Shown here piece after piece: positions 38,391 to 48,620 of a stretch of 64,000 nt of DNA. Source of the DNA: an uncultured Haloferula sp. (GTDB lineage: Bacteria > Verrucomicrobiota > Verrucomicrobiia > Verrucomicrobiales > Akkermansiaceae). The translations under genes and the position numbers were made by a program. Below the pieces are notes generated by a model, which saw nothing but the letters and a program-made list of their open reading frames with translations, was not told where the DNA came from and did no database searches. Numbering within the stretch: position 1 is the first letter of the stretch; each line of letters begins with the position of its first letter. Location of the stretch: NCBI GenBank assembly GCA_965652295.1, contig CBFGTS010000006.1, positions 1 to 64,000 of the forward strand, given 5' to 3'.

Positions 38391-40526
38391 TCACTTCCAC
38401 ACTGATCCCAAGGTGTGGATGTTCAGCTCCTCAAAGCTCACCCCGCCCCCTTCCGCCACCAGCCCGGCCGCCGGACCCTTTTGGCGGAGGTAGCGGGCGA
38501 TGTAGGTGCCGTTCACGAACACCTCCACGCTCCCCACATCCGAGAACGCGCGGATCCGCACCTTGCCGCCATCGACCACCTGCGCGCCTTCCGCTCCGCT
38601 GAAGGTCCGCGTCGCCGCGGTCCAAACGAACGGCTCACCGAAAAGCCGCAGACCGAATTTCTCCGCGGTCGTCCCGCCAACGTCGATCGTCGCTTCGATT
38701 TCAAACATCCGTCCCTGGACCTCCGTCAGCGGATCCTCTGCTCCGGCAGAATAGGTGAAGGGCCCCTGGACCTTGCTCTCCGTTCTCAGCTCTTCGAGTT
38801 CCGGCGAAGGCTCGATCCATAACCGCGCTTTGCCATCGAAGCTCCGCAGGCGGAAATCCATCGGCAATGACATCTGCATGCTGAACGGCGCACCCTCGAA
38901 CATCGCGATGTCCCCCCTCATCCAGCCAAAGTGGACCCGCCTGCCATCCGGCGCGTTGTCATAACTCTGCCCGGCATAAACATTCCCCCAATAGTGCCGT
39001 TGCGGCTCCCCGGCAGGCTCAAAGGTCCGGCCATCGAATGCGCCCAGCACATACACCCCGTTCGCCCCCCACGCCACCCAGCGGACGTCACCCTCCTCGC
39101 CATCGACCGCCAGCTCGAACAGATCCGGGCATTCCGAATCTCCCGGGATCCGGTACGTCGAGGTCTGCTCCCATTCCACCAGATCCGGGGAAACGTGAAT
39201 CCCGTACTCGTCCCGGTCGTGATAGAGCGCCATCACCCAGCGCTTCGTCGGCTCATGCCAGAAGACCTTCGGGTCGCGGTTGCCAGCGTCGATGTGCCCG
39301 ACCACCGGGTTGTCCTGGAACTTGGTGAATGTACGACCCCCATCGTTGCTGTATGCCATGGCCTGCGTCGCCTTCTTTCCCGGGACGATGCTCTCCTCGC
39401 CCCACGCGGTGTAGGCGAACCCGAGCCCGGTCGGCCCCGTCAGCGGCAACGCGGTGCGCCCACGCGGCACGACAAAGCCCGAGCCCGAGAACATCACCCC
39501 GTCCGGCCCGGGCCACAGCGCCGGCGGCCGCTCCTCCCAGTGGAGCAGGTCCCTGCTCACCGCGTGACCCCATGTCATGTTGTCCCAGAAAACATTGTAG
39601 GGATTGTGCTGGTAGCAAAGGTGCCAGCGACCGTCGGCATGAACCAGCCCGTTCGGGTCGTTGATCCAGCCGCGGCGGCTCGTGAAATGATACTGCGGAC
39701 GCCGTACTTCTTCGTAGACCTCCCCTTCCCCGGGATAGGTATCCGAAAGCCCGACCTTCTTCCATGCTTCTTCCAGCGCAGCGGGAATCCTTCCGGTGAT
39801 CCGCAAGGTCTTCCCTCGCAGGTTCGCGAGATCGGTGAAAACCCACTGATCCGGCCGCTCGCTCAGGGCGATGTTCGCATAAGTCATCAACTCCTCGTCC
39901 GACCGGAAAACGAACTTCTGCCGCAGGCTCTCATCGTTCACCACCGGCCACAGCAGGTAGCGTTTATCCACCACCAACACCTTTTCGACCTCCAGAATTC
40001 TCGCCCGGTCACTCTGGTGGATCTCATCGACGCTGATGTGCCCCCAGCCGCCGCGCCGTTGGTCGAGGACCTCCACCCTCACCTTCGCTCCGTCGAGTTC
40101 CGCCACATCCCAGGTTTCCCAAGTCAGCCGCTCGCTGCCGCCGGAACGCAGGTTCGGTCCGGTCGCCGTGCGCAGCACTTCCCCCTTCTCCGACACCAGA
40201 TTGATGCAAGTTTCCCCCTCGAAACCACCGCCCCCGACGAGGAAATTGAGATGACTGCGCTGGATTTCGAACCAAGGGGATACGGCCTTGCCCGTCGCGT
40301 CGTCGCCACCACGGAAGCTGCTGAGATACCCACCACCTTCGTAGCCGCTGACCTCCATCTGCTCCGGCAGCGTGCCCTGCGCCGGTCCCCTTCCGAAAGC
40401 CTCTCCCGTCACGCTCCAAGCTCCAAAGTCATCGCGATTGAAATCGCCCACAGCGAGGTCTTCGGCCGCCACGCCATACCACATCAGGGCGAGCGTGCAC
40501 CCGAGGACCGATCGGAAAATCATCAT
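38391..40526 (-). CDS. Glycoside hydrolase family 32 (levanase/fructanase-like)
   Basis: Catalytic motifs WINDPNG, RDP and ECP; signal peptide. Confidence 0.95.
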   Translation of the reverse strand: MMIFRSVLGCTLALMWYGVAAEDLAVGDFNRDDFGAWSVTGEAFGRGPAQGTLPEQMEVSGYEGGGYLSSFRGGDDATGKAVSPWFEIQRSHLNFLVGGGGFEGETCINLVSEKGEVLRTATGPNLRSGGSERLTWETWDVAELDGAKVRVEVLDQRRGGWGHISVDEIHQSDRARILEVEKVLVVDKRYLLWPVVNDESLRQKFVFRSDEELMTYANIALSERPDQWVFTDLANLRGKTLRITGRIPAALEEAWKKVGLSDTYPGEGEVYEEVRRPQYHFTSRRGWINDPNGLVHADGRWHLCYQHNPYNVFWDNMTWGHAVSRDLLHWEERPPALWPGPDGVMFSGSGFVVPRGRTALPLTGPTGLGFAYTAWGEESIVPGKKATQAMAYSNDGGRTFTKFQDNPVVGHIDAGNRDPKVFWHEPTKRWVMALYHDRDEYGIHVSPDLVEWEQTSTYRIPGDSECPDLFELAVDGEEGDVRWVAWGANGVYVLGAFDGRTFEPAGEPQRHYWGNVYAGQSYDNAPDGRRVHFGWMRGDIAMFEGAPFSMQMSLPMDFRLRSFDGKARLWIEPSPELEELRTESKVQGPFTYSAGAEDPLTEVQGRMFEIEATIDVGGTTAEKFGLRLFGEPFVWTAATRTFSGAEGAQVVDGGKVRIRAFSDVGSVEVFVNGTYIARYLRQKGPAAGLVAEGGGVSFEELNIHTLGSVWK

Positions 40527-40561
40527 GGCGCGTGACTACGCGTCCTCCGACGATCCGCCTT

Positions 40562-43500
40562 TCACCGATCTCCCCAGCCCTGCTGCAGGATCTTCTCGCT
40601 CACCTTCCCCGCCACCGGCACATCCGGGGCGAAGAGTGACACGCGGAACTCCTCCAGCAGCCAGCCATACTCCCACAAGGCCGGGTCTTCCGGCCGCGCC
40701 ATCCACTCGGCGAACCACGGCTCCCACAGCTCCCGCACGCGGTCCATCTTTTCGAGGTCCTTGCCGATAGGCAGGCTCTTCAGTCGACCGAGGCGTGACT
40801 GGATCGCCCGCAGATGCCGGCCGTATCCCAGCGCTCGGGGATAGCCCGCCTTCCAAGGGAAATCCCGGCGGAACAGCCAACTGAGTTCCTCCTCCAAATC
40901 CTCCGCGATCTCCCCCAGGTTGCGGTCACCCTTCATCCCAGCGATCGCCTCCCTCACCGGTTGCAAGCCTTCCAGCGCTTCATCCAGCGATTCGCCCAGC
41001 GCCATTGCGCACCGCCACCACTCGCCCCGCGCCCGCTCGGCGCGCCGTTCGAACTCATCCGCCGTCGCCATCCGCTCCTTACCCAACGCTCCCTCCGCCA
41101 CCACCGGAATCAGCGTCTCCAACGGGCAGCCCATCCGCGGCAGCTCGAACTTCGTCATCAGGCCCACCGGCAGCTTCTTCTTCAAATACGCCACCTGGTC
41201 CGGCTGCTTCAGCATCAACAACCGCACCGTGCCCGCGCGATGCGATTCATCCGCATCCTGCCTGCGGGAAAACGCCCGCGTCCCCACGCTCGTCCGTTCG
41301 TCCACCAGCGCCGGGAACGCCACGCCCGCCGCCGTCTCCGCGCTCGCCGGGATCTCAAAGTCCGGCCACTCCACGTGACCCGTCGTTTCCCACGCCTCGT
41401 TCGCCGCATCCTCGAAGCGACCCGCGATCATGCCGCCGAGCTTCTCCTTCAAAACCGCCGCATCCGTGCCGAACGCCACCTCCGCGCCGTCATCGTCGCA
41501 GATCCAGATCTTCGTCACCAGCTCCGCAGGCAGCCGTGAGCCATCGAAATCCTCCTCCCGTACCCTGAATCCCGAGATCCTGCTCAAATACTGCGCCAGC
41601 CGTACTTCCAGCGGGCCGTCCTTTCCGCGGTCGTGCCACTCGTCGGCAAAGGCGGCGGCATTCTCCGCGACCGGCTGACACATCCGCCGCAGATCCTTCG
41701 GCAGCGATCGGATCAGCCATTCTACCCGCTCCGCGAGGTGCCCCGGCACGCCCCAGCCCGCGAGCCAGTCGGGGAAATACGGAAGCTGGTCGATGTGCAC
41801 GCCCAGCGTCACCCCGTCGTCGCGCGCACCGGGATCGCACTGGTAGTAAACCGCATACTCCTGCCCGCCGTGTCCGAGCCAGTCGGGAAAACCGGAAAGA
41901 TCCAGCGCATCCAGATCCTCCAGCACCACATCGTCCGGCTCCGGCAGGTTCGCCTCCTCATGGTCCTTGCGCCAGCGGTGAAACGCCTTCGCCGTGCTCA
42001 AGCCCTCCGGCAGGCGGTTTTCGTAGAACTCCACCACCGCTTCCTCGCTCCACAGCCCGTCACGGCGACGCAGCTTGCGCTCCATGTCGGCGATCTCCTC
42101 GCGCAGCTCCTTCAACCGCTCGACGATGCGCGATTGACCCTTCACTCCGCCCTGCATCAGCCCGTCACGGATGAAAATCTTCCGCGCGCCTTTCGGATCG
42201 ATGCGGCCGAAGTGAACGCGCCGCCCGCTGATCACCGGCAGACCGCCACAGATCACCGTCTCCTTGGCGTAGACCGCTCCCTGACCCTCCTCCCAATGCC
42301 CGTCGGAATACCGGCTGCGGCAGAGGTGCGGCGCGACCTGTTCGACCCACTCCGGATCGACCCGCGCCAACCGCCGTGCCCACAAGCGCGTCGTCTCGAC
42401 CAGCTCCATCCCCATCACCCATTCCCAGCGTTTCCCGCCGAAAAGCCCTGAGCCCGGAAACACCGCGAAGAAGCCGCCGCTCGCCGAGCGGTAGGCCTTT
42501 TCCTCCCGATCCCACAACCCGAACTGCCGCGGCACGCCCGCCAGCAGCGCCCGGTGAAACGAGGGGTAGTCCGGAAGCTTGTCTCCCAAGGCTGCCGCTC
42601 CCTTCAAACCGGCGTCGCGCTTCACCAACTGCGCCAGCTCATCGTGCACGTTCGCCCACTCCTGAAGCCGGCGGAAATTGAGAAAACTTTCCCGACAGAA
42701 TTTCCTCAACCGGTTGCCATGCCACCCGCGGCCCCTGCGGAATTCCTGAAGCGCCTTCCACAGGATCAGCATCGAGAGGAAGTCGCTCTCCTCGTGCTTC
42801 CACTTCGCATGCGCCTTGTCCGCCTCCTTCTGCTTCTCCTGCGGACGCTCGCGCGGGTCCTGCGTCTCCAGACCCGCGACCACCGGCAACACCTCCGCCA
42901 ACACGCCCTCATGCGCCGCCTCGATCAGCATCCGCGCCAGCCGCGGATCCACCGGCATGCGCGCCATCGTCCGGCCGGATTCGGTCAGGTTCCGGTTCTT
43001 GTCGAGCGCTCCCACATCGCGCAAAGTACGATACCCTTCGGAGATCGCCTTCGGGGCCGGAGGATCCAGAAACGGAAAGTCCTCGATATCCGGAAGACCG
43101 AGCGACTTCATCCGCAGGATCACTCCCGCCAGCGAGCTGCGCCGGATTTCCGGGTCGGTGAACTCCGGCCGCGCCTCCAGGTTCTCCTCTTCGTAAAGCC
43201 GCACGCAGATTCCCTCACGCACCCGCCCGCATCGACCCTTCCGCTGCCGGGCGCTGGCCTGACTGACCTCCTCGATCTGCAATCGCTGCACGCCCCGGCC
43301 CGGGCTCCAGCGGCTCACCCGCGCCAGACCGGAATCCACCACGCAGACGATCCGGGGAATGGTCAGCGAGGTTTCCGCCACGTTCGTCGCCAGCACGATC
43401 CGCCGCTTTGGCCCCGGATGGAAAACCCTCTGCTGATCGCCGAGGCCCATCCGCGCGAACAGCGGCAGCACTTCGGTATTCCGATACCGCCGACCTTCCA

Positions 43501-44257
43501 GCGCGTCCGCGCAGTCACGGATCTCCCTTTCCCCCGGCAGGAACACCAGCACGTCACCCTGCTCGCCGGTATCCGTCAGCCAGTCGACGGCTCGAACTAC
43601 GGCATCCGCCGTATCTTCGTTCTCGTCAGCCGGCAGGAAGACCTCGTCCACCGGGAACGTCCGCCCCTCCGCCTCGATCACCGGGCAGCCTCCGAAAAAA
43701 CTCGCGAACGCCCCCGCGTCCAAGGTGGCCGAGGAAATCACCAGCTTCAGGTCCTTCCTCCGCTCCAGCAGTCGTTTCAGATAACCCAGCAGGAAATCGA
43801 TGTTCAGCGAACGCTCGTGAGCTTCATCGAGAATCAGCGCGTCGTACCGACGCAGATCCGGATCCCCCTGCGACTCCGCCAGGAGAATTCCGTCGGTCAT
43901 GAACTTGATCCGCGTCTCCTTCGAAGTCCGGTCCTCGAACCGCACCTGATAGCCTACGAATCCCCCCAGCGGCGACTTCAACTCCTCCGCCACCCGCTCC
44001 GCCACACTCGAGGCAGCGATCCGCCGCGGCTGCGTGCAGCCGATCCAACGCATTCTCCCGTTCCGCGCTCCGCATTCCGCGTTCCGCGCTTCCAAGGCCT
44101 CCGCCACCATCTTCGGCAACTGCGTCGTCTTGCCCGATCCGGTTTCCGAAACGATCACCACCACCTGGTGACTCCGGATCGCCTCCACGATCTCCCTACG
44201 ACGCGCCACCACCGGCAGCGCCTCAGGGTAATTCAATGCCGGCAACCCGTCTCGCAT
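40562..44257 (-). CDS. hrpA: ATP-dependent RNA helicase HrpA
   Basis: Motifs ETGSGKTTQLP, TQPRR, DEAH, SAT and QRKGRCGR; C-terminal LLEEFRVSLFA. Confidence 0.97.
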   Translation of the reverse strand: MRDGLPALNYPEALPVVARRREIVEAIRSHQVVVIVSETGSGKTTQLPKMVAEALEARNAECGARNGRMRWIGCTQPRRIAASSVAERVAEELKSPLGGFVGYQVRFEDRTSKETRIKFMTDGILLAESQGDPDLRRYDALILDEAHERSLNIDFLLGYLKRLLERRKDLKLVISSATLDAGAFASFFGGCPVIEAEGRTFPVDEVFLPADENEDTADAVVRAVDWLTDTGEQGDVLVFLPGEREIRDCADALEGRRYRNTEVLPLFARMGLGDQQRVFHPGPKRRIVLATNVAETSLTIPRIVCVVDSGLARVSRWSPGRGVQRLQIEEVSQASARQRKGRCGRVREGICVRLYEEENLEARPEFTDPEIRRSSLAGVILRMKSLGLPDIEDFPFLDPPAPKAISEGYRTLRDVGALDKNRNLTESGRTMARMPVDPRLARMLIEAAHEGVLAEVLPVVAGLETQDPRERPQEKQKEADKAHAKWKHEESDFLSMLILWKALQEFRRGRGWHGNRLRKFCRESFLNFRRLQEWANVHDELAQLVKRDAGLKGAAALGDKLPDYPSFHRALLAGVPRQFGLWDREEKAYRSASGGFFAVFPGSGLFGGKRWEWVMGMELVETTRLWARRLARVDPEWVEQVAPHLCRSRYSDGHWEEGQGAVYAKETVICGGLPVISGRRVHFGRIDPKGARKIFIRDGLMQGGVKGQSRIVERLKELREEIADMERKLRRRDGLWSEEAVVEFYENRLPEGLSTAKAFHRWRKDHEEANLPEPDDVVLEDLDALDLSGFPDWLGHGGQEYAVYYQCDPGARDDGVTLGVHIDQLPYFPDWLAGWGVPGHLAERVEWLIRSLPKDLRRMCQPVAENAAAFADEWHDRGKDGPLEVRLAQYLSRISGFRVREEDFDGSRLPAELVTKIWICDDDGAEVAFGTDAAVLKEKLGGMIAGRFEDAANEAWETTGHVEWPDFEIPASAETAAGVAFPALVDERTSVGTRAFSRRQDADESHRAGTVRLLMLKQPDQVAYLKKKLPVGLMTKFELPRMGCPLETLIPVVAEGALGKERMATADEFERRAERARGEWWRCAMALGESLDEALEGLQPVREAIAGMKGDRNLGEIAEDLEEELSWLFRRDFPWKAGYPRALGYGRHLRAIQSRLGRLKSLPIGKDLEKMDRVRELWEPWFAEWMARPEDPALWEYGWLLEEFRVSLFAPDVPVAGKVSEKILQQGWGDR
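44061..44088. repeat. Heptamer repeat (YTCCGCR x4) inside hrpA
   Basis: TTCCGCG-CTCCGCA-TTCCGCG-TTCCGCG, encoding RNAECGARN on the minus strand. Confidence 0.75.
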
Positions 44258-44291
44258 CGCGTCGGGGGCTTAGCCCATGGGCAGCCCGACC

Positions 44292-44843
44292 TCAACCCCC
44301 GTTCCGCACCGCCGCCATCAGCCGGTCCACCACCCCGCCCTCGTGGTCGGGTTGACTGGAAGGCGTCACGCCCCGGACCACCCGCTCGCGTGGAAAACCC
44401 AGCCAGCCATCGAGTTGATCGGCGTCGAAGCCGGGATTCCGGTCCGAACCGTGATACTGAAGACCGAACGGCCGATCGAGCAGCTCGAAACCCTCGCGGC
44501 GGACGCTTTCACCCAGAACCATCAACCGATCCCAACCCGCCTGGAGCCGATCCGGCTCGACATCCATCACGAACAGCACGGCGTCCGCCTCGCGGACCGC
44601 GAGATCATAGGCAGCCGGATGATCCTCCTCCACCAGTCCGCGCAGCAGGCAGGGAACGCCGCGATCATCGCTCCAGCCGACGCGGGCGACGAGAATCCCG
44701 CCGATCCGCGTCATTTCCGGGGGGGCTCCGCTGCGCCGCGCCGCCGCAGCCGCCAACATCTCGCTGACGACCCCCGGATGAGTACCGAAAACGGCGACCC
44801 GAATGGGGCCGCCGTCGGCGCGCTGCGGAGTCGCGTTCATCAA
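44292..44843 (-). CDS. Degenerate MglA-like small-GTPase-fold protein
   Basis: ADAVLFVMD..DRLQA...VRREGFELLDRPFGLQYHGSD resembles MglA; the P-loop and NKxD motifs are lost. Confidence 0.65.
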   Translation of the reverse strand: MMNATPQRADGGPIRVAVFGTHPGVVSEMLAAAAARRSGAPPEMTRIGGILVARVGWSDDRGVPCLLRGLVEEDHPAAYDLAVREADAVLFVMDVEPDRLQAGWDRLMVLGESVRREGFELLDRPFGLQYHGSDRNPGFDADQLDGWLGFPRERVVRGVTPSSQPDHEGGVVDRLMAAVRNGG

Positions 44844-44862
44844 AATAACAGCCGGGCAGCGA

Positions 44863-45681
44863 TCAGCTCATCCGGCTCAGTTCACGTGCAACGATCATGA
44901 GCGTTTCACGAACGCCCGGAGCGAAGCCGCCATCGGTTTGCACGGCCAGGAGGACGTCGCCCTCCCGCACGAATTCGACCGGCGAATTGCCGCAGTAAAG
45001 CTTCACCTGACCATCACCGAAGCCGATGCTGGAAAGAACGCGTTTGATGGCATCGATGGCACCGGTGTCGGACGAAGCCACACGGGCGAGCTGACGGATG
45101 CCTGGAAGAGAACGCGAGCGTTGCAGGATCTCGCCTTCGTTGAGCTCGCGATCCACCCCGAAAATGGCGCGCAACTCCAGCTGCCGGATGCCGGCGGATT
45201 CCGAGGGGTAGGTCGGAGCTGCAGCTTGGGCAGGGACGGGTTCCTCCTTGGGAGCAGGAGCGGGAGCCGGCGCGGATTCCGCTTTCGGTTGCTCGGCCGG
45301 GTGGCCGAAAGGACTGGCGGCACCGGCCTTGCGTGGTTCCTCCACCACAGCCTGGCCGAAGGGCGAGGAGGACTCCGCCGGTTTGGCGGGTGTCCCGAAG
45401 GGAGACGCGGATGCCGGGGTGGGCTCGGCGGCAAAAGGGGATGCGGAGGACGCCGGGACACCGAAGGGCGAAACGGGCTTCGACTCCGGCGAGACCCCGA
45501 ACGGGCTGGCAGGAGGAGCAGGAGCCCGGCCTTCGCCGGCCACGGCGAAGGGAGAACTGGGAGCCCCGGAGCCGGAATCTCCGGCAAATGGGTTATTCGG
45601 CGTCTCGTCGGTCGCGAACGGGCTCTTGGGAGGAGTGGCAAAGCCTTCTTGGGGCTCGAAAATACCTTTGTTGTTGCTCAT
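44863..45681 (-). CDS. Disordered SPF-repeat protein with a C-terminal roadblock/MglB-like domain
   Basis: Nine (S/N)PF(A/G) motifs in a Pro/Ala/Ser-rich region, then about 105 aa of alpha/beta domain. Confidence 0.75.
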   Translation of the reverse strand: MSNNKGIFEPQEGFATPPKSPFATDETPNNPFAGDSGSGAPSSPFAVAGEGRAPAPPASPFGVSPESKPVSPFGVPASSASPFAAEPTPASASPFGTPAKPAESSSPFGQAVVEEPRKAGAASPFGHPAEQPKAESAPAPAPAPKEEPVPAQAAAPTYPSESAGIRQLELRAIFGVDRELNEGEILQRSRSLPGIRQLARVASSDTGAIDAIKRVLSSIGFGDGQVKLYCGNSPVEFVREGDVLLAVQTDGGFAPGVRETLMIVARELSRMS

Positions 45682-45787
45682 GGTTCAGCTGGAGTTCGAC
45701 CGGGATTATAGAGAGCCGCCGCCGGTGCGGAATGGCGTCATCGTGTTGTGTTGATTAAGAAAAGTCGAGCATTCAATCCTGCAACTC

Positions 45788-46330
45788 CTAATCCAAGAGC
45801 CGCTTCAGCTTACCCTTGAGCCGGACCTTCGCCGCAGGCGAAACACGGTCGATGAACAGCACGCCATTGAGGTGATCCGTTTCATGCTGGATCGCCCGTG
45901 CCAGCAAACCGTCGGTTTCCACGACCAGCTCGCTGCCATCAAGCTGCGGCAGCCGCGCCTTGACCTCGGCGGGCCGGCTGACATCAGCCCTGATGTCGGC
46001 GATACTGAGGCAGCCTTCGGTGTCCTTCTCCTTGCGAGTGCCGAACTCCAGCTCCGGATTGATGAATACCAGCGGCATGATGTCTTCCAACTTCGCTTCC
46101 TCACCATTCACGCGAAGATAGGTGATGCAATCCGGATCATGGGATACATCGATCACCGCGAGCCGGATCGGCACGCCGATCTGGGGCGCTGCCAAGCCGA
46201 CGCCGTGAGCGTCGTGCATCGTTTCCAGCATCGAATCCACCAGCGCCTTCAGCTTGTCGTCCACCTTCTCCACCGGCGCACAGCGGTCGCGCAGGACCGG
46301 ATGACCGTATTGTACGATTTCCAAAATCAT
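45788..46330 (-). CDS. def: Peptide deformylase
   Basis: Motifs GVGLAAPQIG, EGCLS and QHETDHLNG. Confidence 0.98.
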   Translation of the reverse strand: MILEIVQYGHPVLRDRCAPVEKVDDKLKALVDSMLETMHDAHGVGLAAPQIGVPIRLAVIDVSHDPDCITYLRVNGEEAKLEDIMPLVFINPELEFGTRKEKDTEGCLSIADIRADVSRPAEVKARLPQLDGSELVVETDGLLARAIQHETDHLNGVLFIDRVSPAAKVRLKGKLKRLLD

Positions 46331-46758
46331 TCTTCGTTTTCGACCGGCAGTTCCGTCCGGACCGGAACGTCCTTAATATCCAGTCCGGCCTTGGTCAACG
46401 CATCGCGGATGCCGAAAAGCTGCTCCAGAGAGACGCCCTTGTCGGCCTCGAGTTCGAGCTTCCGACCGGGGTTTTTTTTCACGAATGCCTGCAAGTAGGC
46501 GTCGAGCAGCGCGATGTCCGGCACGATCAACTCGTCGAGCCGCACGGTGCCCTCGGCGGTCACCGCCAGCACCGAGCGCTCGTCGGCCACCAGATCGGCG
46601 GGTACCTCGTGCGAGGTCGGGAGTTGGATCTGCACGACCGGGCGCTTGGTTTTGAATTCGGAGGAGACGATGAAGAAAATCAGCACGATGAACAGGATGT
46701 CGATCATCGAGACGATCGGCAGCTGGCGCGCACGGGGTGCTGGTTTTTCGAAAATCAT
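46327..46758 (-). CDS. exbD: ExbD/TolR biopolymer transport protein
   Basis: IVSMIDILFIVLIFFIV and LEADKGV. Confidence 0.93.
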   Translation of the reverse strand: MIFEKPAPRARQLPIVSMIDILFIVLIFFIVSSEFKTKRPVVQIQLPTSHEVPADLVADERSVLAVTAEGTVRLDELIVPDIALLDAYLQAFVKKNPGRKLELEADKGVSLEQLFGIRDALTKAGLDIKDVPVRTELPVENEE

Positions 46759-46763
46759 CGGCT

Positions 46764-47450
46764 TCAGGCATCGCGGACCACGCCGGGGCGCGGCGTGCGT
46801 TCGCAGACGTGGGCGAGCTGGGTGAGCAGCACTTCCAGCCGCGCGGCGAAGGTTTCGATCTTCCGCGAGAAATACCCCTGGGCGATGATCGCCGGCACCG
46901 CGATGGCCATGCCGACGATGGTCGTCTTCAGCGCCCGGCCGATGCCCGCGGAGATGGCAAGCCAATCGGCATCCGACTGGAGGCCGGAAAACACCAACAC
47001 CAGCCCGGAGGCGGTGCCCAGCAGGCCGAGCAACGGAGCGACGCTGATCACCACATCGATCACGGTCATTCCCGCTTGGAGCCGCACGATTTCCGCCCGG
47101 GCCATCGATTGCACCGCTTCGGCGATCTCCGACTGCGCGCGGCCGCGGTGACGGATGACTTCCGAACAAAGGCGGGCGAGCGTACTTTCGCCGCGCTCGA
47201 ATTCCTCGAGGATCGGCTCGACCTGCTCGGTGCGGACGACGTCCTCGAAGCGGGCGATCTTCGAAGCCAGCGAGTCCGGCAAAATCCGGGCCTTCGACAG
47301 CGAAAGAAACTTGAAGAGAATGGCGGCGAGAGCGACCACCGAAGTAATCGCCAGCAGCACCATGAAGGTGCCACCCTCGTCGAAGAACTCGGAAACCAGC
47401 GACACCACTCCGTCGTCGGTCTGCGCCAGGATCATCGTTACCGTCAGCAT
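46764..47450 (-). CDS. exbB: MotA/TolQ/ExbB proton channel protein
   Basis: APLLGLLGT and ALKTTIVGMAIAVP. Confidence 0.93.
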   Translation of the reverse strand: MLTVTMILAQTDDGVVSLVSEFFDEGGTFMVLLAITSVVALAAILFKFLSLSKARILPDSLASKIARFEDVVRTEQVEPILEEFERGESTLARLCSEVIRHRGRAQSEIAEAVQSMARAEIVRLQAGMTVIDVVISVAPLLGLLGTASGLVLVFSGLQSDADWLAISAGIGRALKTTIVGMAIAVPAIIAQGYFSRKIETFAARLEVLLTQLAHVCERTPRPGVVRDA

Positions 47451-47467
47451 GCGCAGCTCACTCGAAC

Positions 47468-48568
47468 CTAAAAGATGAAGTTGTAAAGCAGTTCCAGCGG
47501 CTCGCCGTTCAGCTCGCGACGGACTTCCTCGGGCATCGGCGGCAGCTCGGCGTCACGGATCGAGGAAAAGGTGAATCCGCGCTGGATGGTGGTCACGCCG
47601 ACCTCGTCGACCATGCCCACGGAGCGAACCGCGCCCTTGCCATCCAGCACCACCTGGACACGCAGCACACCGGGCGTGATGAAATCGCGGTTCTTCACCG
47701 CCGCACGTTGCCAACTCTTCTCGATCGCCCGGCTCAGGGCGGCGTGGTAGCGCCCGAGCGGGCCCGAATTGACGTCGAGCGCGGGTCGGCCGGAGCGGGA
47801 GATCGCCCCGCTCAACCGGACCCGCTGCTGGTTCCCGCGAAATCCCGGAGCGTCTTCTGCCGGCGGCTTCGGCTTGGGCTTCACCTCCTCGCGCGGCACC
47901 TCGGCGATTTTCTCCTTGGGCATCTCCTCGGCCTCCATCCTTTCCTCCGCCTGCCGGGCTTCCCGGGCGGCCACATCCACCGGATCCGGCCCCGCGGCGA
48001 GTCGTTCGGCTGATCGTTCCGGCGAGGCCGCAACGGGTGCCGCGGCTTCCGAGGGTTCCAGATCCTCCGGGGCCGGTGCCTCCATCGGAGCTGGCTCGGC
48101 GAGGGCTTCGGCGGTCTCCTGATGGGCCAGATCGCCGTCCTGATAATCACTCCGCGTTGTCTCGATTTCCTGCGCGCGGGGTTCGGGGCCCTCCTGGCTG
48201 GCCAATAACGGGTTCGCCCGGGGATCAGCCGGCAGATCGCCCGCCGCACGTGTGTCGTGCTCCCCGATGAAAGCCGCATTCTCCGGAGCCGGACCGGCCT
48301 GTTCCGGGTTGGTTCTCGTAAAACGCCGCGGCGGAGCCGGTTCGGGCGAGGCCGTCCGGGCCTGCGGCACCACCGGGATCAGGATCAACGGGGCCTCAGC
48401 CTCCGGCACCACCGGAGCGGCCGGCGGTGGCGGCGGCGTGATCCATTGCTGGATCACCGCGATCACGAAGAACGCCAATGCCACCAGATGGACGAGCAGC
48501 GCCATCAAGGCGGAGGCCATCCACAGGCCCGCGTCCCGGGGGTTTCGCGCTACGATCGCCGGATTCAT
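47468..48568 (-). CDS. TonB/TolA-like protein
   Basis: TM helix with S..ALLVH, a Pro/Glu-rich linker and a TonB_C-like C-terminus; upstream of exbBD. Confidence 0.75.
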   Translation of the reverse strand: MNPAIVARNPRDAGLWMASALMALLVHLVALAFFVIAVIQQWITPPPPPAAPVVPEAEAPLILIPVVPQARTASPEPAPPRRFTRTNPEQAGPAPENAAFIGEHDTRAAGDLPADPRANPLLASQEGPEPRAQEIETTRSDYQDGDLAHQETAEALAEPAPMEAPAPEDLEPSEAAAPVAASPERSAERLAAGPDPVDVAAREARQAEERMEAEEMPKEKIAEVPREEVKPKPKPPAEDAPGFRGNQQRVRLSGAISRSGRPALDVNSGPLGRYHAALSRAIEKSWQRAAVKNRDFITPGVLRVQVVLDGKGAVRSVGMVDEVGVTTIQRGFTFSSIRDAELPPMPEEVRRELNGEPLELLYNFIF

Positions 48569-48620
48569 GAGACGCCGGGAAGAATCGATCCAAGCCCGCC
48601 TGCTTGCAACGCCTCAATTT

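Noticed and set aside
42554..44767. 737-aa plus-strand ORF
   Set aside because: It is antisense to hrpA and has no domain signatures.
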